Positions 25,503 through 39,400 of a stretch of DNA of 64,000 nucleotides are shown here, piece by piece. The DNA comes from Macrostomum lignano (taxonomy: Eukaryota): NCBI GenBank assembly GCA_002269645.1, contig NIVC01001189.1, positions 186,001 to 250,000 on the forward strand. Direction: 5' to 3'. Position numbers and translations under genes: made by a program. Every line of letters begins with the position of its first letter. Within the stretch, counting starts at the first letter, position 1. A model generated the notes under the pieces. It was not told the origin of the DNA, made no database searches, and saw nothing but the letters and a program-made list of their open reading frames with translations.

Positions 25503-26152
25503 AGTGACTAAATCCAGAACCGAGACTCTCAGAGTCAAATTTGAGTGACTAAATCCAGAACCGAGACTCTCAGAGTCAAATTTGAGTGACTAAATCCAGA
25601 ACCGGAACTCTCAGGGTCAAATTTGAGTGACTAAATCCAGAACCGGGACTCTCAGAGTCAAATTTGAGTGACTAAATCCAGAACCGAGACTCTCAGAGTC
25701 AAATTTGAGTGACTAAATCCAGAACCGGAACTCTCAGGGTCAAATTTGAGTGACTAAATCCAGAACCGGGACTCTCAGAGTCAAATTTGAGTGACTAAAT
25801 CCAGAACCGGAACTCTCAGGGTCAAATTTGAGTGACTAAATCCAGAACCGGGACTCTCAGAGTCAAATTTGAGTGACTAAATCCAGAACCGAGACTCTCA
25901 GAGTCAAATTTGAGTGACTAAATCCAGAACCGGGACTCTCAGGGTCAAATTTGAGTGACTAAATCCAGAACCGGGACTCTCAGAGTCAAATTTGAGTGAC
26001 TAAATCCAGAACCGGGACTCTCAGAGTCAAATTTGAGTGACTAAATCCAGAACCGGAACTCTCAGGGTCAAATTTGAGTGACTAAATCCAGAACCGGAAC
26101 TCTCAGGGTCAAATTTGAGTGACTAAATCCAGAACCGGGACTCTCAGAGTCA
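25503..26152. repeat. 41-bp minisatellite, about 16 copies
   Basis: Unit GAGTGACTAAATCCAGAACCGGGACTCTCAGAGTCAAATTT. Confidence 0.95.
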
Positions 26153-26959
26153 AGTTCAAGCGGCTTAAAGTCGCTACTGGAACTCAACTCTCAAAGAGCG
26201 ACAAAGATTGTAGATGAAGCGACAGTCATTCTATAGACTTTTAGATTGCTTGAATCTTTGCTTTGCGGTTTTATTGCCATTTTCTACAATGGAGAATAGC
26301 CACAAAAATGACCCAAAAAAGCACCCAATTACCCATTACCCATGTATAGAGCTATTGTCGATGAAGTCGTGGTTTATGACTTTAAAGTGAATCCAAACAC
26401 CACGAAAGCTGGTCCAATCGCTCAGGCACCGCCAAGCAGCTCCAGCATTGTCCTTAGCCTGTCTTTGTCGTCGAAGCCACCCAACTTTGTCTTCTTCTTC
26501 TGGCCGCTCCGTTTAAGCTGGCGCCGACTGCTGCCTCTGCTATGCGCGCGCTGGTTGCGCCTGAAATTGATTAATTTTTACTATTATTTTGCAACGTTAC
26601 GCTAGTAGGCTGGAAGCTAAGCTAGATGCACACAAATAGACTTCACTCTGTCATCATTACTCCTTTGCCAACTTTTTACAGTGCTTTTTTGCGAAACCAG
26701 CTGCCGTAGAGACTGCTTCCCCTGAACTTCTCATCAAACTCTTATCAGGGATCAAATCAAGTCAAGTGAAGTCAAGATTGTGAGAGTCGTGAGCAGGTTG
26801 ATCATAAGCACTCTAACCCCTCTCACCCTTCTCACCCTGCTTATTCTTCTTCCCCTTCTCATCCAATCACCTTCTCAACCTTCTAGCATTTCGGTTGTGG
26901 GCACCCTGACGCAACGTCTTTGGCGACATTGTCCCGCAAACCAGCGCTGACGGCAACTC

Positions 26960-27130
26960 GTACACACGCTCACACAGGGTGTACAACGGCCCTGACTTTC
27001 TAACCGTCAGGCATGTGCACTGTCTGTGCCTTGTGGGTTGGCCTTTATGGGTGCGAATCGCTTGACAACCCCCGGGCCCCAACTTAATATGGCCGCGCAC
27101 GGAATCGAACTCGGAATTGTGCCTACACGG
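26960..27130 (-). mobile_element. SINE-like family 2, copy
   Basis: Minus strand has the B-box GAGTTCGATTCC and CCTGACGGTTAGAAAGTCAGGGCCGTTGTACAC. Confidence 0.55.
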
Positions 27131-27182
27131 CCCCCTAGGTTTAGGGTTAGGGATAGGGTTAGCAAACGGCAGTCAAAAATCG

Positions 27183-27568
27183 TAAACCCCTCTTACCCCT
27201 CTCACCCTCTCACCCCTCTCACCCTCTCACCCTCTCACCCCTCTCACCCTCTCACCCCTCTCACTCTCTCACCCCTGTCACCCCTCTCACCCTCTCACCC
27301 CTGTCACCCCTCTCACCCTCTCACCCCTGTCACCCCTCTCACCCTCTCACCCCTGTCACCCCTCTCACCCTCTCACCCCTCTCACCCCTCTCACCCCTCT
27401 CACCCCTCTCACCCCTCTCACCCCTCTCACCCCTCTCAACTCTCTCACCCTCTCACCCCTCTCACCCCTCTCACCCCTCTCACCCCTCTCACCCCTCTCA
27501 CCCCTCTCAACTCTCTCACCCCTCTCAACTCTCTCAACTCTCTCACCTCTCTCAGCCCTCTCTCTCAC
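27183..27568. repeat. CACCCCTCT-type 9-10 bp repeat
   Basis: Direct tandem repeat. Confidence 0.9.
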
Positions 27569-27599
27569 CTTTGGCCACTGCGCTTTGATTTTCCGCGGC

Positions 27600-28860
27600 C
27601 GCCCGCCTTGCCGCCCTTCCAGCCCCGCTCACGCCAGTACTTCTCCCGTCGCCTGGTAAGGAAGCGCCGATAATCTGCCGCCGGATCTTCGGCTTCTCCC
27701 CGCTGGCCCCGGCGGCCCTGACGGTCCGACCGGCCACCGCCGATCAATACCATCTTGGCCGAGCCGACTCGAACTCGCTTCCCGTTTGCCACCAACACAA
27801 AGCGAAGCGCAACGTCGCCGTGGCGCCGGTCTCGCTTAGAACGGCGCATCAGTCGGTGCGCCTGTCGCAACAGCTTGCGCAGGGATAGGCGCAGGGTGCA
27901 CTCGTTTCTATGGCAACTGGTGCGTACGCCGCTCAACCGTTGGCCGCCGCCACTTGAGCTGCCAGCGGCCACAGCTTTCTGACTTTTTCTTGACGGCTTT
28001 GCGTGTCTCTGGCGACAGTTCTTCGGCGGCTTGGAGCCGAGCGGCAGAGCGACCAGATCTTTCCCGATCTGGTTGGACCAGAACAGACATAACATGTACG
28101 CTTGTAATTCCAAAAACTTGAGTTCAGTTAAAGATTTAAATAGGTCATTTCGTATGTTGGACTTTTTTTTAAAAACTGAACTGAACTGAAGTGAAGTGAA
28201 CTGAAGCAATGCAGAGTTAAGTGTCTTGCTCAAGGACACAGATTGTTCCGGGTGGGTAGAGAATCGAACCCCCGACCTTCAAGTCGTGAGTCCGACGCTC
28301 TGAGCACTAGGCTACAACCCCCTGACCAAATATTACCACGAAAGTGTATAAAGACGACTCTTTATTACTAACAATTACAAAAACGACTACCATTGAAGTG
28401 CACATGTAGCTACAGGTGTAAAGAGACGTTGACTTTCTCACCATCATCAGGACCAACTTTCTTACCTGGTACACAATCCTCCACGACCGATCGCCGCGTT
28501 TCCTAGCGTACACCCGGCCGCGCCAGATGGTCAGGCGACGTCCTTCCCAGCCGCGCTTCGCCAAAGTGAACAGTGTCATGCGCTCCTGCTTCTGCTTTTT
28601 CCTCACTCCTCCTCCTCCTCCTCCTTTTACACTGACGCTGCCCAGCCAGGAGATCCGGTAGGTTGCATCGCCGAACTGCAGCCGGCCCGAGTCGCAGCGG
28701 GCTCGGCACTGGCGCCAGCTGCGCGCTCCGTGACCGGCAAGGCGGCGGCACCAGTCGGGCACCGGCTGGCAGGAGGCGGCTGGCAGCAGCTTCGCAGCCG
28801 GATAGGCGGTCTGGCAGTTCAGCTTCCTGGCGTTGCTGCCACCGCTGCTCGCTGTCACAG
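27600..28860 (-). CDS. Putative two-exon coding region, product unclear
   Basis: GC-rich open frames at about 28860-28466 (ending at donor CAG|GTAAGA) and about 28100-27600, separated by an AT-rich intron-like stretch containing a SINE. The joining frame is not resolved. Confidence 0.3.
28182..28322 (-). mobile_element. tRNA-derived SINE family 1, 3'-truncated copy
   Basis: Minus strand reads GGGGGTTGTAGCCTAGTGCTCAGAGC...GGGGGTTCGATTC...GTGTCCTTGAGCAAGACACTTAACTC. Confidence 0.8.
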
Positions 28861-29029
28861 TGTCTGAACTGCCAGTGAGTGGGATAAAGGATAAAGCGAT
28901 ACTGTAGGCTTAGCTAGTCTACTTTGCTTTTGAGGGGCTTGTATCTTTGGAGCTGGAAGTTTTGCTGCGGATCCTTGTTCTCAAGGGATAAAAGGTTTCA
29001 GCATGAAGTCGCAGGCTTAGCCAACCCAA

Positions 29030-29358
29030 CACGCGGATCGTACAAGCGAGGCAATATCGGTTCTGTTCTGTTGCGTCACGCGGATCGTACAAGCGAGGCA
29101 ATATCGGTTCTGTTCTGTTGCGTCACGCGGATCGTACAAGCGAGGCAATATCGGTTCTGTTCTGTTGCGTCACGCGGATCGTACAAGCGAGGCAAAATCG
29201 GTTCTGTTCTGTTGCGTCACGCGGATCGTACAAGCGAGGCAATATCGGTTCTGTTCTGTTGCGTCACGCGGATCGTACAAGCGAGGCAATATCGGTTCTG
29301 TTCTGTTGCGTCACGCGGATCGTACAAGCGAGGCAATATCGGTTCTGTTCTGTTGCGT
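29030..29358. repeat. 47-bp minisatellite, about 7 copies
   Basis: Unit CACGCGGATCGTACAAGCGAGGCAATATCGGTTCTGTTCTGTTGCGT. Confidence 0.95.
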
Positions 29359-30059
29359 GTTAGCAGCTGGTCAACTCTGCGTCACCAACCTTCCACAATT
29401 CCTGAAGCTCCTGAAGTCCTGAACCATCAAATTAGCCATAAAAATGTCACACAAAAGGTGTTAAAAGCGAAGAAAGGAAATCTGTACAAGCCATTTGACG
29501 GAGCAGAAGTGAAGGAGCCTCAGGGAACCAAGCGGTGGTAACGCTCAAAAATCGGGAGCCCCCTCCTAGGAAATTGTCTACTGAATAGTAGGTAGGAAGG
29601 AATTTAAAGCGAATCTCTAACAGAGTGCAAAATCCCGGCCTTTCCCCCCTCCTTCTAAAGCTCCCAAAAAGGGAAGACGACCTGAAAAAAATTTATAGGC
29701 TGTTCAGTGATCGCATTAATTTGATTTGCTTGTTTTTAGTCAGCTTTAATTTTGAAGCACCGTTCAATGCAACTAACAGTTAGGAACGGTACTAAACACT
29801 TTCGTTTAGCAGAAAATAGCATAAAATACGAGTATGTTTCTGAAATAAAATGGTAAAGACTCACCATGTGACATACAACAGAAATGTCCAGGCTAGCAGA
29901 GCAACGCTTTGGGGCTACAACGCAAATTTTAGATATGAATAACATTTTTAGATTAGTTGAATAGCAATCAGCGCCCCCTGTTGGGGAAGCAACAAAGAAA
30001 GAAGTTATTATTTTTGAATAAACTGCATGTGGCTTCTGACCTCTCACTCAGCCGTGCCA

Positions 30060-30262
30060 TCTCACCAATTCCCCCGTGAGCCTTGACATCTCAGCAATTC
30101 CCCCGTAAGCCTTGACATCTCAGCAATTCCCCCGTGAGCCTTGACATCTCAGCAATTCCCCCGTAAGCCTTGACATCTCAGCAATTCCCCCGTAAGCCTT
30201 GACATCTCAGCAATTCCCCCGTAAGCCTTGACATCTCAGCAATCCCCCCGTAAGCCTTGACT
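30060..30262. repeat. 29-bp minisatellite, about 7 copies
   Basis: Unit CCTTGACATCTCAGCAATTCCCCCGTAAG. Confidence 0.95.
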
Positions 30263-30425
30263 TAAGTAAAGTAGATGTCGAAGGTCGCTACACGAAAAGT
30301 ATGCCCGGAGATCGGCAACGCACAAAATATAGCTGTGTTTTTTTAAAAGATTTCGCAAAAAAAGTTGCTGCTTTTTGCACAGCGCTGAATGGGGTTGTGG
30401 CATAGACTTTAGTGCTCAATTCCCA

Positions 30426-30720
30426 GGGGGCTGTAGCCTAGTGGTCAGAGCGTCTGACTCGCGACTGAAAGGTCGGGGGTTCTAATCTCGATCTACTGGA
30501 ACAATTTGTGTCCTTGAGCACACTAATTAACTCTCTGCATTGCTTCAGTTCACCCAGCTGTAAAATGGGTGCCAGCATTAGCTGGGGTAATTGAGGGTGT
30601 GTGTGGCGACCCCCCAGTCCTTGGACTGAACAGCCGTACGCAGCCTTCAGATACGCCGCGCAAATAGCTGCGGCTGAGCTGTCGGTTGCACATCTAGCCC
30701 ATTAGTGCAGGTGTAATCAA
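30426..30720 (+). mobile_element. tRNA-derived SINE family 1, about 300 bp
   Basis: A-box TAGCCTAGTGG and B-box GGTTCTAATC, then GTGTCCTTGAGCA and TTCACCCAGCTGTAAAATGGGT. Colinear with 49795-50050. Confidence 0.85.
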
Positions 30721-31669
30721 TTACAAACATTGAAACACTAAAACTGTTACCACTGCGTTGCTCTGCCATCCAGGCTTCGGACTTCTCCTATGCTACGCTC
30801 TGCAGGACTCATTTTATGCTTTTTATGTTTCTTTTCTGCGACGTTGGCGATTTTGAGCTGGAATGTAAAATAGCGCTCATATTCAATGGTTTAAAAACTT
30901 ACAGATTGGCGGCTCATTTGTCTTCTGCGATGGTAATTCGTCTTAACTTTCCACAAAATATAACTTTTTCTCCTTTAAAACGAATAAGGCTTCGAAAAAT
31001 ATATGTATGAAATTTGAGAGCACAATTTAAGCACGTGTGATTGTTTGACTTGATTTTCAACATTTTCCGTTCCACCTGCCCCGTAGCTGCGCCGACAAGC
31101 GGCTCTCATATCCGCCAACACGTTTTCCCATTAGGCCGAATTGTGCCGAAAATGAAATTTTCTTGACCCAGAATCTGACTGACTGGCCGACTGCCCTCTG
31201 CCGGCGCACCAAAACAGAAAAATCTCCCAAAAAATTCTCAATCAAAATATTTACCGCGTCCGTAGCTTCAGCAGTTATACTGTATCAAGTATATTGTTGA
31301 ATGAGAAAACACTGGTCAGAATGATATTTTGCTGAACCAAGCGAAAGCAATGTCTGCTAGGCCCAATGCAGAGGGTCACAAACAGCTGAAGTATCATAGA
31401 AAAAATATTGATAGAATCGAGCCTGTCTGCAGGCCAGGCCAGTCGGAGTTGGCAGGTCAAAAACGATGAGCAAAATAATAAGTTTCTTCCAATCCATCAA
31501 GCAGAGCGGAAAAATCAACATGAAATACAAAGTAAATAAATCTTTCATTACAGCTGAAGCCAGTTGTCACCAAGTGCAAATTTCACATTGGCACCATTGC
31601 AGTCCGCAAAATCAGGTTTTGCATGCTCAAGTAAAAGTTGACCCCTTGAAGTCCGGTTCAGCTGTTCAG

Positions 31670-34600
31670 CTACTGGACGCAGCAGGCCCGCGAGTTTTCC
31701 ACCCGGTTGACTCGCCACTGGCTCACCAGCTGCGCGATCTTCATGCCGGCGGCCAGAGACGGGTTGGTCTCGTCCCCGGCCCCGCCGCCTCCGGCCAGTC
31801 CTTGTCGCTCCTTGTACACGGCCTCCTCCTGCCGGCTGGGCAGCTCGTTGACCACCCGCACCAGGGTTGCGTCTGACGGGTCAGCGATCGCCAGCAGCGT
31901 CAGGGAGCCATCGATGCCGCCGCAGGCGATGCCGCGACCGTCAAGGGCGCTGACCATCGACTTGATCTCGGCGTGCACTTTGAAGTCGGCCAGCAGGGCG
32001 GCGTCCTCGACTCGGATTAGCCGGATAGTCTTTCTGCCGCTGTGAAAGTGCGCAATGTACTTGTCGCCCTCCGTGAATATTGTGATGCTGGGAAACACTC
32101 CGTCAGAAGTCTGCCGCCGAAGCACCCACTTGGAGTTCTGCGGCTTCCGCAAGTCGATCAGCTTCACGCCGCCAACCAGAGGTGAGAACAGGCCGAAGCG
32201 GCCGTCGGCAGTGCGCAGCCCTTGCCACTCGGGCGCGGAGCGCACCAGCTGCTTCTTGCGCGAATCCCAGAGCTGGCCTTTCTCCTCATCGATGAAAGCG
32301 ATCCAGCCCGGCTTGTCCGGCAGGGAGACAATTTGCTTCACGGCATTGGTGCCCTCCAGCTTTGGCTTTGTCTTCTCAACGAATGCGCCAGTCGCGGCGT
32401 TATAATAGGACACTATGAACTTCTCCTTGGCAGTGCAGGGTACCAACAGCTGCATGCTGTCGATGGAGAATATTGGCGGCACAAAGTCTACAAAGTAGTA
32501 TTCAAATTCATATAGCAGCTGGCTGCTGGGCACTGCGTAGCAGCAGATTGCAGCCGTCTTAGAGGCGCGCTTCTCCATGCTAACGGCCAGGACTTTTGAG
32601 CCGTCCGGCGTCATCTCCAGGGCTTCGACTGGCCCGAAGTCGCGTGACAAGAGTGACCCGCCGTCCGGCAGGGACCAGAAGACGAGGCGCCGGCTGTCGG
32701 CCGACACGGCCACGCTGGCATCGTGAGAGATGAGCGCCTTGAAGATGACAGCGTTTCCACTAGCCGAAAAAGTTTTCAACAAAACGCCCCGCTGTACGTC
32801 CCACAGTCCCAGGTAGGTGCGAGCCACCGTGAGCGCCGTGCAGCCATCCTTCGACAAGGAGATGTAGTCTATCGGCTTCTCCATGTGGTGAATGTTGAAC
32901 ACGCGCTCCATGATATTGTTAAAGTTCCACACCTTAATGGTCTTGTCCATGGATGAGGAGACAACGCAATTCAGTGCCACGGAATTGGTCATGGAGACAA
33001 TGCGACCGAAATGGGCGTCCAGCTTCTTCATCAGAGTGCCGGTCTTGCACGAGTAGGCCATGACTAGGTGGCGGACGGCGGAGATCATGAACTCATTTCC
33101 GCGACTGAAGATCAGGAGATTCTGCATTGGATTCTTATTCGGTATGTTCTGATAGCCTTTGGGCAGCGGAGCCCTGGCGCACGGACAGCCTTGCGAAGTG
33201 AGATGCCAAATTTTGAACTCAGTAGAGCATATGGCTACCAGAATCGTCTCGTCATCGCTGAGGGAGAGACCGACGAACTCGTCGCTGTTCTCTATGGACG
33301 AGTCCCAGGTGTAATTGCCGGTATCCTTGCGCCTGGAGTAGCGATGAATAGTGAAGTTCATGGAGCCGGCCTCGTCCCGCTTGGGAAGGAACATGTGCTG
33401 CCTACTGTTGCCCATGGCCATGCCAGTGTGGTACTCGATGCTATTCGCCAGGTCGTGGCTAAAGTAGACGCGATACTCCGACGCCACCTTGGTGTTGACT
33501 GTGCAGAAGTAGAAATTATCGGAGCCGCGATATTCGAAGTGCACAATCTCTTCGCCGGAGTCCTGCAGCTCGCCAGTGCTGAGCAGTTCAGCGGCGTGGC
33601 TGAACTCAAACCACTGCCGAGCGGTAAAGGCCAAGCAGACATCGGTGGTCACCAGCACACCGCGCACATCCGAGTCCTTCGGTAGGTTATAGAAGCCGTG
33701 CTCCCCAGATACTAGATTGGTGAAGACTAGCTGGTTGTTGCTGGTGAAGCTGACCGCTCGTCGGTCCTCCGAGTCGATGCGCATGCCTTTGGTGATGCCC
33801 TGCAGGCCGTTGATTGGGATGTTGCGGAAGATCTCGCCAGTCTGCAGATCCCAGATTATGAACTGGTTTGACACGGACACAAGGTACTTGCTGTCGCTTG
33901 TCACCTGCATTCCGTAGCAGGCAAACTGGTGGCCCTCAAGCGAGTACTCCAACGGACCGCCAGGTGTGTACAGGTAGTGGTGCGCCGGCACCAGAGCGCA
34001 GTGGACCGGGGCCTCTCGATCGCACTCGTGTATGAGATGGCGAACCTTTTCAAAGATGGCATAATAGGGCAACAGGCGGCCGCTGATCTGCGGACCGAGC
34101 ATATTCGGGTCCTTAGTGATGATGCTGGCGGAGAGTCGGAGGCACTCGCTCAGGATGCGCGCGTTCCGGTCGCTGGTCTTTGCGATCATACTGTCCAGGT
34201 CGGACAGGAGCGCTTGCAAGGGGAAGGCGCTCAGCTTGGCGTGCAGGAACTGGTAGTTGAACAGGCACTCGCTGGCCAGCTCCGCCATCCGGCCGGATTT
34301 CAACAGTTGAAAGGGCAGCTCGCTGAGCTTGCGCAGGTTGTACCGCACAGTCTTGCCGGCCTCGTTGACGAAGCGCAACGGCTGGGGCGGCACCTTGCGA
34401 TCGCTCTCCGAATTCACATCTTTAAGGCCGAAGCGTTGCTTCTGCAGCTCGCTGTAAACGAACGGCTTGGGCACACCGGCCCACTTGCCCAGGAAGTAGT
34501 CCGCCAGGTTCGAGTGGATGCCGGACTTGAAGTTGAGATTTTTGAAGTATCGCTTCTCGCACACCTGGAAGAACTGCCGGTGGTACCAGTAAACTACGTC

Positions 34601-36328
34601 GACACCGTCCGCTTCCTTCTCGACTAGGAAGCCGGGCAGCTCGTTGCGGATTCGCGTCCACAGCAGGGGCGGGATGCGCCGCGTCGGTGGCAGGTGGTAC
34701 TGGTAGACGTCATTGAGCACCTTCTCGTCCAGTGACAGGTTGTCCTCTAGCTCGGACTCTGATATGCCGCTTTTCGAGGCTGTGATGTAGGAAAATGCGT
34801 GAGTCACCAGTATGAGACCGTGCTGGTTCTCGATGCGCTGGAACAGCTGCATGATGCTGTCAAAGATGTTGAAGGACAGCACGTTCTTCTCCAGCGCGTC
34901 GTACGATTTCCATCGGCAGACTTCGTCGAAAACAATCTTGACGAATAGCGGCGAAGTGGACTTGGCGAGAGCTTTGTTAACCACCTGCCACTGCTGATTA
35001 GTGATGGATCGGCTCGCTGACTGCAACCACACTCGCAGAACTTCCAAAGATAGCGGCTTGCCAAGATCCTCAAGCTTCAGAAAATTTTCCGCTTTGTTCA
35101 CCTTGAGTTTCAGAGTTTTCAACAGGTTGAAGAAATTCGGCAAGATTGAGACCACAATTTTTACGTTAGGCGGAACCTCGTCAGGCAGCCACAGCAGAAG
35201 GTGGGCATTGTTCTCAGGCGACAACTCCTCCAGCGAGTCCAAAAACACAGTGAGAGGCCTGACGGCCGATGCGCAGCTCAGCAAACCCTTGAAGTGCTGG
35301 ATGAGACGCGGCAGCTCCTCCGGTATTTCGGCCGGCGGCTGGTCGTACAGGTAGCAGATGTGCCGACACAGATTGGTGAGCAGCACGCCGATTGAGGAAC
35401 TCTGAGGCGACGTACCGAGGAGCCGGAAGATCACATTGGGCTCGGCTGTCTTCTGCCACTGCCAGATCTGCAACCGGTGGGGGGGGTTGCGAGTAACAAA
35501 ATTTACTTAAATTCTATGAGTTGGAAACTCACCAGAGAGCTGGCCTTCGCTAGCAGGGAGGTCTTCCCGCATCCGGGGTCGCCGTACAGAACGAACAGCT
35601 GGCGGTTTCTCGAGTCCTGACAGTACGCCTCTATCTGCTGGAGCTCCGCGTCCCTGCCTTGGAAGACCTGGTTGTAGAAATTGGGGTTGGGGTGTATCGT
35701 GGTTACTTCTTTAAAGCTTGTTCAATCAATTATCGCAAAGAACAGGGCCCCGGCTGACCTCGCAGAGCTTGGCGCACACGTGCAGGTGCTGCAGGATCTC
35801 CGACATGGTCACATCGTCAGACAGCAGCCGGTTGTGCTTCATGCCGCGGTCGATCAGCTGCACAACTCTCGTGTAGAAGGTGTCGCAGAACTCGTCTACG
35901 TAACCTGAAAAGAGAAGGCCGGCCAACTAGATCTCATTAATTATTAATGCGGGTGGTCAAGCAAATTGGCTTTCCCCGTTAGCGTGCTTCTTCTTCTCAG
36001 AGTTGTTTGGTCTCAGCCGGGGCCAGCTTGCTCAGCGCACACAAAATCAGACTCCCGCTATGAAGGCATTGACCGATGAAGCTGCTTTAGAAGAGGCCCC
36101 TGCCAGCTTCAGGCCTGGGACAGAGGAAAACTTTGTCAAGTGTTAGTTTTTTACTGCTTTCCCCCAGATCTTAGCCTGACAGCGGCACTCTTGCCCGCCT
36201 GCAGTTTTCTTCTACAGTATCTCCAATACTTAGCAAGCCAGTCAACACAATTAACTGCATCCTGTGTCACTTGCATCTTGCATTTCCTTCCAGGCTGTAC
36301 TGTCCTCTGTTGTACTTCTCAGTGTCCC

Positions 36329-36417
<89 letters not shown>

Positions 36418-39400
36418 CTCATTCCCTCTCTCTCCTTTCTCAGTCCCTCTCTCTCCAGCCTCAGCATCCCTCCCTCCATTCTCGCCGTTATTGTAGCATT
36501 TTTGAGTCCCTCATTCTCAAGAACCGATTCAATTGTCTCTCCAACTCCGCGTGTCCCCAGACCCTTCTTCTCAAGGCTCGCTCACCGCGATGCGTGTCAA
36601 GGTGAATGCCGGCAGGGTCTACCCAGGGCTGCTTGTAGCGAATAATGGAAGATGCCCGCAGTTTGCTGGGAATTTTCACGTCGCGCAGGTTGTCCATGAG
36701 GTCCTGCGCCTCCCGGTCCACCTCTGAGCCGTTCATGTCAATAAAATTTCGCGCCACACGCCAGTTTGACAGGGTGATGCCCTCCAGGTGGCGCAGGAAC
36801 GCCAGCGTATGCCGACTGTTGTTTTCGGCGGTCAGGATGCCGTGAATATTCTCGCGCTCCGTCACTAAAAATTGAGGTTGGGGGTTGTGCAATAAAATCC
36901 AGCTACTTGCCACTCACTCTCTGTGACTGTTTTGAGAGGTGACGAAAACAGGCATCCTATCTCAACTGGGTACTAGTCACGATAAACTCTGCTTACCTGG
37001 CAACCCTAGTTCCAGTCGGGTTCAGCCACTCGCTGATCCATTCTCAGACACCCTCTATGATTCCTTCTTAGAACCCCTATGCTCCATTCTCAGACTCCCT
37101 CTATGATCCATTCTCAGTCCCCTCTATGCTCCATTCTCAGACCCCTCTATGATCCATTCTCAGTCCCCTCTATGATCCATTCTCAGACTCCCTCTATGAT
37201 CCATTCTCAGTCCCCCTCTATGTTTTCTTCTTAGAACCCCTCTATGATCCATTCTCAGACACCATCTATTATCCATTCTCAGTCCCTTCTATGATTCTTT
37301 CTTAGAACCCCTCTATGATCCATTCTCAGACACCATCTATTATCCATTCTCAGTCCCTCTCTATGATTCTTTCTGAGAACCCCTCTATGATTCATCCTCA
37401 GACCCCCTCTATGATCCTTCTATATAGCTTATCTAAATTAAGACTTTTCGCATGGTCCACATGCATTTTCGCCATAAATTCGTGCTCATTCGTTAATTCC
37501 CTCTTTCAATTATTGAAACTGCGCGGCTCCGTGAATTCAGCGAAGCGAAAAAATTGATTGATTCCGCAGCCAGAGCCCATTGTTATGCACTGAACTGAAT
37601 GAACAATGGACTTCGGAACTTCTCTATTTATAGCTAGGAAGCCGGTTCGCTAAAAGTTTGGTAAACAGACTTTCTCCAATGAAAGAAAATTCACGGGGAA
37701 TGTAGAAAAATAGCAGATAGCTCTATTTTTAGCTGGATAACTTTGTAGCTGCTTGACTGGGCAGCCGAGGTTGCCTCTGGGGGGGTTGGCCCTTGGCAGC
37801 GGTACAGCGGTTGTTTGAGAATTTTCCATCAAAGATAGAAGCTCCCCCAATCCCGGGCTTGCTCCGGTGAGTCGGTCCATGTTTGACATTCATCTGTCTG
37901 TGCAGACAGGTATCCCATTGTTTGCTGGGCAATGAAACTAAAAGCACTCTTCCCATAGCAGCTCTGAGCGAGTCTGGTGAATGATTTGCAAACTTTTCTG
38001 TGTGCTCTTGGTGGCCGGGGTTTTGTAGCTCAGGCTAATGCAGTTCTACCGCCTAAGCACTGTCAGCTGCAGGGAGATTGTGTACCCTGCAGGAAGGATT
38101 GTTGAAGAGAGCTTGGTATGCAGCAATGCCCCCCCCCATTCAAACGATAATTCAACTTCTGCTCGATAGGCTCAAAATTATTGGTGGTAAAGGCTTTAAC
38201 GATGAAGAATAAAGAAGTTTTGCTTCTAGCCAATAATATTATATTTATTTACCTGAAACTGCAGATACAATCTGCCTCATGATTGTGTTGCTAGGGCTAT
38301 GCCGGGAGGAAAGCGGGGCTCACCTGACATAAAATAATTATGCCGCTGATCGGCGTCAATCTTCTGCTCCTGGAAGAGCCGGTCAGTTGCCTGGCGAAAG
38401 ATCAGCTGCATCTTGCCCATTGTTGTCCACCACTCGTTCTGGTGGGCCTCCATCATTTTTTGCATGCCCTGTTAAAAGTTGAGAAGCAACGGAATTTGGT
38501 TAGAAATGTTCCCTCCCCACCCACGCAGTGTTGAGGCTTTTATTGAGGAATCGAGGAACTCCTGGCGATCAAATATTCTCTAGCTAAAGCTCATCTTTGA
38601 TTCTTTGGTTCTTTGGTTCTTTGGGGATTAAATGAGACGTACGTAAAAAAAAACCGATACTCCATATGCTCCCAAGACAAAAGAACCAGCAGGAGAGATG
38701 TTCAGAAGCCATGGATAAGCCATAGACTATAAATGGAGAATCAAAATGAGACACAGCCTATCAATATTTCTCTGTTTCTCTGTCAGTAGCGGATCATCCA
38801 TTTCTATCTGCCGCTCAGATCCTTATTTTGATTATCCATTTTTTATAGTCTATGGCTTATCCATTTGGAAGCCAAAGGGCTGCACCTAGACCATACCGAA
38901 ACGGTACAAAAGCCCAGAGATTCAAACATGTCAATGGCATCAAAAACCATTTAGGTAGTCAAAAGCGACTACCTAGCAGCACTATCTATCTTTGGCGTAT
39001 TCTTCTGTAGCGGTGCCATTAGCGCCAGTGTCACCTCAAGTAAATTTCCCCAGAGGTAAATAAAGAAGCGTGCTTATCGCGTTTTATCTATATTAACTGA
39101 GTAACCAAGCACTGGAATAAACATTACTAACGTGCTGAGCGACGAACTAGGTGCTAAAATAAATAAAAAACGTTGTGGGATACTACTACGCTACTTGTGT
39201 GTACAAATTGCCATAGTGCACAAAACACTAATTATCGAAATGTATTCAAAATTGAATAATTGTATTTTAAATGGAACCAAATTCAGTCAAGTCTTACTTT
39301 GTCCTGAAACAATGAGACAAGAGCGGTTTCAACAATATTAAGTGTGCAATAAATTGCCGTTTGCGAATTGAGAATAAAAGCTAAATTGCTATAGATGATC

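Noticed and set aside
25503-26152. CRISPR-like look of the 41-, 47- and 50-bp arrays
   Set aside because: Head-to-tail repeats without unique spacers, no cas genes, eukaryotic context.
27138-27162. TTAGGG-like run
   Set aside because: Only about four imperfect units; too short for an interstitial telomere.
36960-36972. 13-mer TCTCAACTGGGTA shared with the LTR right junction
   Set aside because: Dozens of 13-mer coincidences are expected in 64 kb.
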